From Patescibacteria group bacterium (GTDB lineage Bacteria > Patescibacteriota > Microgenomatia > Levybacterales > UBA12049): DNA of 64,000 bases. Positions within the stretch are counted from its first letter, which is position 1, and each line of letters begins with the position of its first letter. The position numbers and the translations under genes were made by a program. The notes under the pieces are model-generated. The model was not told where the DNA came from, searched no databases, and saw only the letters and a program-made list of their open reading frames with translations. This document shows, one piece after another, positions 45,718 to 53,256 of this stretch. The stretch is from NCBI GenBank assembly GCA_038063415.1, contig JBBTVD010000011.1, positions 779-64,778 on the forward strand, in the 5' to 3' direction.

Positions 45718-45878
45718 TCGTATGCTTGAGCTCTCTTCTCTAGCGCTGGGTCTTTCTCCGCAGACGCTGGATCTAGTGCCAAGAAAAATCATAGAGCACT
45801 ACATCTATAGTTGCAACTAGAAAAATGCGGATCAAACTATATCATTAGCTTTGTGGAAGAATTAATGCTCGCTTTTTC

Positions 45879-46445
45879 TTACAATGATTTCTTCTTCTGC
45901 AAAACCTGGTACTTGTAAATGGATACACGTAAGCTCAATGCGCTCTTTTTATATTCCTGCACAATTGTTTGCTCTTCCTTATTTACAACAGGTGTATTAG
46001 CCAGCATACTATCAAGTAATTCTTCCTGCTTTTCCAACAAATGCAAGAGTCTATCAATGACAATATGGCCATCTTTCCCCTGCTTAGAAGCATCCTGAGA
46101 AAGGCCAAACGTTTCCTGGCTATAAAATGCTGCTTTTTTTAACGTAGCTGTAAGATTCTCCTTGGAATGTTCCTTAGCAAAAAAGAGCAAGTACGCTCCT
46201 TGCATATACTTCTCTGCTTGTTCAAGAGAAAAAACAGCTTTCTGATAAGGATCTGCGATAAAAAATCCTTGCAATGACTCTTTTATCTCTTTAAACGGAT
46301 ACAGTGTTTGCCCGGGAAGAACTCCAGGATAAGGCAGTTGATAAGAATTCTCTGTCTGAGCAGCTAGCTCTTGAGCAAATACAGACGAAGGAACCATGGT
46401 CAAGAATAAACAAACTCCAATAATGCTTCCCACTCGCATATGCAT
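45879..46445 (-). CDS. Hypothetical secreted protein (signal peptide)
   Basis: N-terminal hydrophobic signal ending AQELAAQ. 188 aa. Confidence 0.5.
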   Translation of the reverse strand: MHMRVGSIIGVCLFLTMVPSSVFAQELAAQTENSYQLPYPGVLPGQTLYPFKEIKESLQGFFIADPYQKAVFSLEQAEKYMQGAYLLFFAKEHSKENLTATLKKAAFYSQETFGLSQDASKQGKDGHIVIDRLLHLLEKQEELLDSMLANTPVVNKEEQTIVQEYKKSALSLRVSIYKYQVLQKKKSL

Positions 46446-47038
46446 TATGCTTCACGATACCCAATGGCTTTAAGGACTAACGCCAAGCTTTCTTCAGGAT
46501 CATGCTCATAAGTATTTACTACAAGATCAAAATAGTCCTTCTGCCAATAGACCCAATCGGGATCGTTATTTACATATAACCTGCGCCATTTAGTAAGATC
46601 GTTTTGTTCTCTTTCAATCACCTCTTCTTTTGCTTCGTGCACAGTAATATGTTCACGATTAACTAATCGATCAATACGAATTTCTGTTTGATCGTTGTCC
46701 TCTTGATCTTCACAAACTACCCCTACCTTAAAAACACCAGGTTTCTTTTGCGCAAAAAAACCTGCGAGTTTTGCTTCAACAACGATATGATTATCTTTCG
46801 TCAAGATGTTTTCCAATTGGTTATCAAATAATTGATCTTCCTCGTCCGCACGAAGATTGGTATCTTTTGTCGCGACATCCATCCGCTTACGTATAGCTTC
46901 CCAGAAGATCTCTCCCCCTTCAAGATGCTTCCATGCAAGTTTTTGAGCTAAATGTTTTCCCAACGAAGTAGAACCGGCACCAATACGTCCGGACACAGTA
47001 ATTAATCTGATAGCAGATAAGTCTGTAGGCTTTTGCAT
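46445..47038 (-). CDS. P-loop nucleoside/nucleotide kinase, cytidylate-kinase-like
   Basis: Walker A VSGRIGAGSTSLGK at the N-terminus. 197 aa. Family guess only. Confidence 0.55.
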   Translation of the reverse strand: MQKPTDLSAIRLITVSGRIGAGSTSLGKHLAQKLAWKHLEGGEIFWEAIRKRMDVATKDTNLRADEEDQLFDNQLENILTKDNHIVVEAKLAGFFAQKKPGVFKVGVVCEDQEDNDQTEIRIDRLVNREHITVHEAKEEVIEREQNDLTKWRRLYVNNDPDWVYWQKDYFDLVVNTYEHDPEESLALVLKAIGYREA

Positions 47039-47047
47039 AAAATTATC

Positions 47048-48403
47048 CTATTGTTGGTTCTTCTGTTCCTCTGATGGTACTGGAGCAGGAGGGGCAGCTG
47101 GTGTCTCAGTAGTTTGTGACGCTGGTGGAGCTGGCGGGGCAAAAGAGCCAGAAAGTGGAGCTGGTGAGACACTTGGTGCTGTAGATGGGCTAGCTGAAGG
47201 GGGGGTCGATGATTGACCAAGTGAACCGAACATATCGGTTAATGACGTTGACGCGGAAGCGGAAGCGACTGGAGCAGCTGAAGCCGGAGTTTCTGCTACT
47301 GGAGCAGGTACCTCTGGTGCTGGACTCACGGGCTGAGAAGGAGCTGGCGTAGGTGCTTGGCCAACCTGCTGGGCAACCATTATGGCTTCTTCAATTAATC
47401 TATTTGCGTAACCATACTCGTTGTCATACCATGCTATTACTTTAACCATATTGCCCCCTACTACCTGGGTCAATGAAAGGTCTACAATGCTTGAGTGAGA
47501 ATTACCAATAATATCACTTGATACAAGTGGATCTGTCGTAACGGCAAGCACTCCTTTGTATAAAGGATTTTCTGCTTCTTTGGTCAACACATCATTTACC
47601 TCTTCTTTGGTTACGTCTTTTTTGAGAAGGAAAGTAAAGTCTGACAAAGAACCGACAGGAACCGGGACACGAAGCGATAATCCACCAAAGATTCCTTTGA
47701 GCGCAGGCAGTGATTCAGCAGCAGCAACCGTTGCACCAGTTGAAGTCGGAATAATACTGAGAGCTGCAGCTCGAGAACGGCGGTAGTCTTTGTGACCACT
47801 ATCCTGGAGTCGCTGATCAGAGGTATAGCCATGAACGGTAGTCATCATTGCTTTATCAATACCAAAATGATCCTGAAGTATCTTTGCAACCGGGGTAATA
47901 CAGTTGGTGGTACAAGATGCGTTACTAATAATCTTCTCTCCTGCATAATCGGCATCATTTACCGAGATAACATAGGTAGGGATCCCTTCTCCTTTTGCAG
48001 GAGCTGATAGGACGACTGCCTTTGCGCCAGCAGTAATATGTGCTTGCAACTTATCAGCAGTCGTAAAGACACCGGTTGATTCAATAACAACATCGACATT
48101 AAGGTCTTTCCAGGGAAGTTGTGACGGATCCTTCTGGGAGTAAACAGGAATCTCCTTCCCATCAATCACCAATGAACCAAGCAGTGCCGTATTTGCAGGA
48201 TCAGTACTTGGCTTTACACTAACATCAAAAGGCAATAAGCCATACACACTATCGTATTTGAGGAGGTACATCCATCCGTTAATATCGGTTGAGGAACCTG
48301 CGTTTATCGCCGCAATTTCAATATCCTGGCTGTGCCATTGCGTGATAACTCGATGAGCTACTCGCCCGATTCTTCCATACCCATTAATCGCGACACGAAT
48401 CAT
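47048..48403 (-). CDS. gap: Glyceraldehyde-3-phosphate dehydrogenase with a ~110-aa Pro/Ala/Ser-rich C-terminal tail
   Basis: MIRVAINGYGRIGR NAD-binding N-terminus and the catalytic ASCTTNC motif. The start was set at MIRVAIN (48403) because the ORF's upstream extension to 48673 is implausible. The tail after the conserved C-terminus is low complexity (PTPAPSQPVSPAPEVPAP...). Confidence 0.85.
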   Translation of the reverse strand: MIRVAINGYGRIGRVAHRVITQWHSQDIEIAAINAGSSTDINGWMYLLKYDSVYGLLPFDVSVKPSTDPANTALLGSLVIDGKEIPVYSQKDPSQLPWKDLNVDVVIESTGVFTTADKLQAHITAGAKAVVLSAPAKGEGIPTYVISVNDADYAGEKIISNASCTTNCITPVAKILQDHFGIDKAMMTTVHGYTSDQRLQDSGHKDYRRSRAAALSIIPTSTGATVAAAESLPALKGIFGGLSLRVPVPVGSLSDFTFLLKKDVTKEEVNDVLTKEAENPLYKGVLAVTTDPLVSSDIIGNSHSSIVDLSLTQVVGGNMVKVIAWYDNEYGYANRLIEEAIMVAQQVGQAPTPAPSQPVSPAPEVPAPVAETPASAAPVASASASTSLTDMFGSLGQSSTPPSASPSTAPSVSPAPLSGSFAPPAPPASQTTETPAAPPAPVPSEEQKNQQ

Positions 48404-48453
48404 ATATTGAGTATATACTCCTCTTTTTTTTACTGCAAGGGGTAAATTACTAT

Positions 48454-48463
48454 CTCCTGACGT
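48454..48463. promoter_or_regulatory. Perfect 10-bp palindrome CTGACGTCAG between divergent gap and gdh
   Basis: Seen directly in the sequence. A possible operator in a divergent promoter region, with no assignment. Confidence 0.25.
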
Positions 48464-48470
48464 CAGAAAA

Positions 48471-49853
48471 ATGTCTAGCATGTCTCCTAGGCAGGCAGTA
48501 CAATCCAAATCTATGGTACATAACCCTTGGCTGGCTGCCAAACAACAACTGAAAAAAGCTGGAGAACGGCTCGGTATTGACCCATTACTACTAGCTAACC
48601 TGTCTGAACCAGAACGAATTATTGAAGTATCGCTTCCTTTTGTTCGTGATACCAATGACATTCTCACGGTCACTGGCTATCGTATCCAACATAGCAGCAT
48701 CTTAGGGCCGTATAAAGGTGGACTGCGATATCATCCGCAGGTGTCGACGGATGAAGTTAAAGCACTCGCCTTTCTCATGACCATGAAGAATGCCCTCCTT
48801 GGCATCCCGTTTGGCGGCGGTAAGGGGGGCATTACGATTGATCCCAAATCACTTTCCGAAGCAGAGCTTGGACGACTAACGAGGCTCTTTACGAGGAGAC
48901 TTGGTCCCACTATTGGACCTTATTTTGATGTACCAGCTCCTGACGTCAATACGAATCCTAAGATCATGAGCTGGATTGCTGATGAGTTTAAAAAATGTCA
49001 TGCTGAACTCGTTTCAGCATCTTCTTTAGGTTATAAAAAGATCCCGAAACAAGTTCGGGATGACACGTATTTGTCAGCCGTAGTAACAGGGAAACCGATT
49101 ACCGCCGGTGGTTCTGAGGGAAGGACTGAAGCCACAGGACTTGGTGGAAGTTATGCCCTATTGGAATACCTAAAACTCACCGGCAAAAAACCCAAAGGGA
49201 TGACTGTCGGGATACAAGGTTTTGGTAATGTAGGCAGGTTTATTGCGACCTTTCTTCAGCAGGCAGGCATGAAAATTGTCGCGATAGCGGATTCCAAAGG
49301 AGGAATCTATATCCCTGAAGGTATTGAAGATCTTGAGGCTGTACAAAAATGCAAAGAAGCAACGGGGCTTCTTGCCGGCTGCTATTGTGTCGGCTCAGTA
49401 TGCGATATTGCAAATAAGAAAATGCTCAAAGGCAAAGATATCTCTCCTGCCAACATTCTCACACTCCCGGTAGATATTGTCATCCCAGCAGCCCTTGAGA
49501 ATGCAATTACTCCAGAGATTGCAAAAAAGATGCAAGCATCTGTTGTACTTGAAATGGCCAATGCACCAACGACAGCTGAAGCAAACGACATTCTTAGCCA
49601 ACGAGGAGTTACGGTGATTCCAGATATCCTCGCAAATGCTGGAGGGGTCGTTGTCAGCTCCTTTGAATGGGAACAAAATATTAAGCAACAAAAGTGGACA
49701 AAGCAAGTTGTTTTTACTAAGTTACACAAGAAAATGAAGAACACCGTAAAAGAACTCGTAGCAATCAGTAGCACCTATAAAACGCCACTTCGAGAAGCAG
49801 CATATATGCTGGCTCTTACTCGGCTTGCGAAAGCATGGAGAAAACAACACTAA
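48471..49853 (+). CDS. gdhA: Glutamate dehydrogenase (Glu/Leu/Phe/Val dehydrogenase family)
   Basis: GGGKGG catalytic glycine-rich region, a Rossmann GFGNVG, 460 aa. Contains an in-frame family-A repeat insertion (KKCHAELVSASSLGYKKIPKQVRDDT). Confidence 0.9.
   Translation: MSSMSPRQAVQSKSMVHNPWLAAKQQLKKAGERLGIDPLLLANLSEPERIIEVSLPFVRDTNDILTVTGYRIQHSSILGPYKGGLRYHPQVSTDEVKALAFLMTMKNALLGIPFGGGKGGITIDPKSLSEAELGRLTRLFTRRLGPTIGPYFDVPAPDVNTNPKIMSWIADEFKKCHAELVSASSLGYKKIPKQVRDDTYLSAVVTGKPITAGGSEGRTEATGLGGSYALLEYLKLTGKKPKGMTVGIQGFGNVGRFIATFLQQAGMKIVAIADSKGGIYIPEGIEDLEAVQKCKEATGLLAGCYCVGSVCDIANKKMLKGKDISPANILTLPVDIVIPAALENAITPEIAKKMQASVVLEMANAPTTAEANDILSQRGVTVIPDILANAGGVVVSSFEWEQNIKQQKWTKQVVFTKLHKKMKNTVKELVAISSTYKTPLREAAYMLALTRLAKAWRKQH
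48997..49064. repeat. Family A repeat, copy 7 (variant units), in frame inside gdh
   Basis: gtcatgctgaactcgtttcagcatc + spacer + gatcccgaaacaagttcgggatgaca. Both units are hairpins. Confidence 0.75.
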
Positions 49854-49871
49854 CCAGATATACTAAACACT

Positions 49872-50831
49872 ATGCAACAGTACACACGAAATCTTGCACT
49901 TGAATTTGTCAGAGTAACTGAAGCAGCGGCTATTGCTGCCAGTCAGTGGATTGGACGTGGAGACAAACATGCTGCCGATCAAGCAGCCGTAAATGAAATG
50001 CGATCCAGGTTTAACCAAATAGACTTCCATGGGACGGTAGTTATCGGTGAAGGAAGAAAGGATGAAGCTCCCATGCTCTATACAGGAGAGCAAGTTGGTA
50101 AAGGAAAACAACCAATTATGGATCTCGCAATTGATCCATTGGAGTGTACTGACAGTGTTGCTTACGGTCGATATAATGCTCTAACGGTTATCGCTGCTGG
50201 AGCAAAAGGTTCCCTCCTCCACGCTCCTGACATGTACATGGAAAAAATTGCAGCTGGATCAATAGCTGCAAAAGTCATTGACCTGGATGCCCCTACAAAG
50301 GTAAACATTGCTAACGTTGCAAAAGCACTTGGCAAAGACCCAAGAGAAGTTACCGTCGTAGTACTGGATCGAGAACGTCACCAGAAACTTATCGCCGAGA
50401 TTCGAGAAACGGGAGCACGAGTAAGGCTTATCACTGATGGAGATATCGCGGCAGCCATTGCTCCCTGCATGGATGATAATCCGATTGACCTGCTCCTAGG
50501 CATTGGGGCAAGCGCTGAGGCAGTCCTCGCAGCAACTGCTATCAAGACACTGGGTGGACAGCTTCTCTGCCGATTTGCTCCCCAAAAAGAAAGTGAGAAT
50601 CAACTGCTTAAAGAGGCTGGAATCACTGATTCTACAAAAATATTAAGTGTTGCAGAGTTAGCAAAAGGTGATGAGCTCACATTCACGGCAACAGGAGTGA
50701 TTGAAGGACCACTGCTTGAAGGGGTTGTCGTAAAAGGAAATAAGATCATCACCCACTCTTTGGTTATTAGAGGTACCTCAGGAACAATACGCTTCATGAA
50801 GACAGAACATCATTATCAGCCAGAGAAGTAG
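49872..50831 (+). CDS. glpX: Fructose-1,6-bisphosphatase class II (GlpX)
   Basis: N-terminal LALEFVRVTEAAAIA...GRGDK and the overall GlpX pattern. 319 aa. Confidence 0.85.
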   Translation: MQQYTRNLALEFVRVTEAAAIAASQWIGRGDKHAADQAAVNEMRSRFNQIDFHGTVVIGEGRKDEAPMLYTGEQVGKGKQPIMDLAIDPLECTDSVAYGRYNALTVIAAGAKGSLLHAPDMYMEKIAAGSIAAKVIDLDAPTKVNIANVAKALGKDPREVTVVVLDRERHQKLIAEIRETGARVRLITDGDIAAAIAPCMDDNPIDLLLGIGASAEAVLAATAIKTLGGQLLCRFAPQKESENQLLKEAGITDSTKILSVAELAKGDELTFTATGVIEGPLLEGVVVKGNKIITHSLVIRGTSGTIRFMKTEHHYQPEK

Positions 50832-50848
50832 AGCATATTCGTAAGAGC

Positions 50849-50930
50849 GAGGTACAAAAATGTTTTGGTTGCATCTGAGCACTTTCTCTTTCTAATAACG
50901 CGAACTCCAACGGAAAAACATTTTTCGTAC
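50849..50930 (+). promoter_or_regulatory. Conserved structured intergenic motif, copy 1 (pgk leader)
   Basis: About 85% identical to 58721-58805. Terminal inverted repeat gtacaaaaatgtttt / aaaacatttttcgtac plus an inner inverted repeat ggttgca / tgcaacgg. Ends 24 nt before the pgk ATG. Confidence 0.55.
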
Positions 50931-50953
50931 AAAGCGACTACGAGAATGTACGT

Positions 50954-52141
50954 ATGAAAAAAATCTCTTACATCGACAATGCAGATATTAAAAACAAACG
51001 AATACTTCTTCGGGCAGATTTTGATGTCTCCCTCACCCACCAGAACGAAATTGCCGATGACGTTCGTATTCGAAGCAACATTCCAACGATAAAGCAATTA
51101 CTTGCTGGTAATAACCGTATTATTTGTGTCGCAAAACTTGGACGACCAGTAAAACCTGACCCGACAAGATCCCTTGCTATTGTCGTCAAGAGACTACAGG
51201 ACTATTTGCCTAATACAAAAATACGACTGATAAAAGATTTTCTCAAAGAGTCGCAAGCAACATTTGCACACCAAAAACTAAACGAGATCTTTGTCTTGGA
51301 AAATATCCGATTTTACCCCGATGAGAAGCTCAATACCCTAGAATTTGCACAGAAACTGGCACTGCTTGCTGATGTCTACGTTAATGACGCTTTTGCGATG
51401 TCACATAGAACAGAAGCATCTGTGGTAAGTGTACCACTCATTCTTCCTTCTTACGGCGGCCTCCTGCTTAAATCTGAAGTACAAGCACTTGATAAGGCAA
51501 TTAAGCGACCAAAGCGTCCCTTGGTTGCCATTATTGGAGGGTCAAAGATCTCAACAAAGATCAGCCTTATTAATAAACTTATTGAAAAAGCTGATTATGT
51601 GATCCTTGGTGGCGGACTTGCCAATGTCTTCTTTCGTGCACAGCGTTATAGTATTGCCAAAAGTATTTGTGAATATGAAATGGTTTTGAAAGCCAGGCAA
51701 CTTCTTTATCTCGCTGCACAAAAACAAACCGCAATTATTCTTCCAACAGATGTCTTAGTAGGCAAACCGCAAGACACTACAAAAGCAGATAAAATAACAC
51801 AAGTTGGAGAAAAAATACCATCAGATCTCTCGATTCTTGATATCGGACCAAACAGTAAAGCCCTTATTGGAACAATTATCGCAAAGGCAAACACGATTAT
51901 CTGGAACGGGCCAGTTGGACTTTTTGAAAATCCATCCTATAGACAAGGAACTGACTTTATTTATCATACCATCACCCACAATAAACAAGCAGTAAGCATT
52001 ATCGGAGGTGGAGATACACTAACCGCAATTGCTGACAAAAAAGATCTCAACAAAATCACTCATCTTTCAACAGGAGGAGGAGCCATGCTTGAATTTATTG
52101 AGAAAGGAACACTCCCTGGACTCGAAGCTCTCAAAAGATAA
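50954..52141 (+). CDS. pgk: Phosphoglycerate kinase
   Basis: RADFDV N-terminal domain and the C-terminal STGGGAMLEF motif. 395 aa. Confidence 0.9.
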   Translation: MKKISYIDNADIKNKRILLRADFDVSLTHQNEIADDVRIRSNIPTIKQLLAGNNRIICVAKLGRPVKPDPTRSLAIVVKRLQDYLPNTKIRLIKDFLKESQATFAHQKLNEIFVLENIRFYPDEKLNTLEFAQKLALLADVYVNDAFAMSHRTEASVVSVPLILPSYGGLLLKSEVQALDKAIKRPKRPLVAIIGGSKISTKISLINKLIEKADYVILGGGLANVFFRAQRYSIAKSICEYEMVLKARQLLYLAAQKQTAIILPTDVLVGKPQDTTKADKITQVGEKIPSDLSILDIGPNSKALIGTIIAKANTIIWNGPVGLFENPSYRQGTDFIYHTITHNKQAVSIIGGGDTLTAIADKKDLNKITHLSTGGGAMLEFIEKGTLPGLEALKR

Positions 52142-53161
52142 TCAATTAGTAAACTCCTGACTATACATTTTCCCATACATACCCCCATCAATAACTCCAA
52201 TACCTATCTTATTAAAATTTGGATTCAGAATATTTGCCCGATGTCCCGGACTATTCATCAGTCCCTGCATGGCAAGCGGCGTTGTTGGAGCAAGTGCCAA
52301 GTTCTCTCCTGCATTGAGGAATTCAATCCCCGCTGCACTCATCCTATCAAATGGAGAAATACCATCAGGGGTATAATGAGAGAAATATCCTCGCTCAAGC
52401 ATATCTTGAGAATGTGCTCGTGCAACATCGCGTAAACTATCGTCAAAAGAAAGCAGATGTAAACCTGCTCGCTGACGTTCGGTGTTTACTGCACGAAACA
52501 TCGCTTGTTCCCCCTCTGGATCGACTATTCCATCAGTTACCTGAAACTGTAGCTTTACCATTTCATTACTCTCTGGCTCAATAGTAAGGAAATTAAGCGT
52601 TTCACTAAATGCTCCACCAAAGATGTCATTAAGACGCTTTTCAAAGAGAGAGGTATTGGCGACAAGGTGAGAACCAAGGGCAGAATGTGTAACTAACTGC
52701 TTTATCATAGGAGAGGAAGGCAAGGCTACAATAATACTGAGAAGAAAGGATAAGATGATAAAAGCAGAAGCGAAACCTGGAAGAATACCCAAAAGATGGT
52801 TTACCCGAGCAAAACCTCGAGCAATTGGACGAGCAGGATTTACCGTTGGGATATATCGTATTCCCTTTCGCAAAAGAATATTAATACTAATCTCACTGAC
52901 AAAAGCCACGAGAAAGAAACCTAACGCATTGGCAAGTCCCAATGGTAGCCCAAAAAAGTGCATGAGCCAATCAGCAACAATAGTATATGTTTTTAAAGCA
53001 AGCGTAAAGGAAAGAATGAAGCTTGTAAGATCAACCGAAGCAAGAATCACTCCAAGGGCATACCCTTCATAGGCATAAAAAAGGAAGATGCAGACAATCA
53101 GTATGTCAAAAAGACTTACACTACTACTGAGAGACGAAAAAAAGTTACTAAAAAGTTCCAT
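52142..53161 (-). CDS. CvpA-family membrane protein fused to a C-terminal CAP/SCP/PR-1 (YkwD-like) domain
   Basis: Four N-terminal hydrophobic helices (CvpA-like), and a C-terminal HSQDM...GHRANILNPNFNKIGIG motif characteristic of CAP domains. Confidence 0.65.
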   Translation of the reverse strand: MELFSNFFSSLSSSVSLFDILIVCIFLFYAYEGYALGVILASVDLTSFILSFTLALKTYTIVADWLMHFFGLPLGLANALGFFLVAFVSEISINILLRKGIRYIPTVNPARPIARGFARVNHLLGILPGFASAFIILSFLLSIIVALPSSPMIKQLVTHSALGSHLVANTSLFEKRLNDIFGGAFSETLNFLTIEPESNEMVKLQFQVTDGIVDPEGEQAMFRAVNTERQRAGLHLLSFDDSLRDVARAHSQDMLERGYFSHYTPDGISPFDRMSAAGIEFLNAGENLALAPTTPLAMQGLMNSPGHRANILNPNFNKIGIGVIDGGMYGKMYSQEFTN

Positions 53162-53256
53162 ACATTGTTTACTGATTCTAGTATTATACCGTAATAACTA
53201 TTTGTCCACGAGTCCCACCATCTGATACAATATAAAGGATTCGCGAAAATAAGGCT

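Noticed and set aside
45718-45792. N-terminal extension of the NrdR ORF (MIFLGTRSSVCGERPSAREESSSIR)
   Set aside because: NrdR proteins begin at the MHCPYC zinc ribbon. The extension has no protein-like character, so the start was set at 45717.
45793-45878. Possible NrdR box (cactacatctatagttg) upstream of nrdR
   Set aside because: It matches the remembered 16-bp palindromic consensus only loosely, and no tandem second box is evident. Not reported as a feature.
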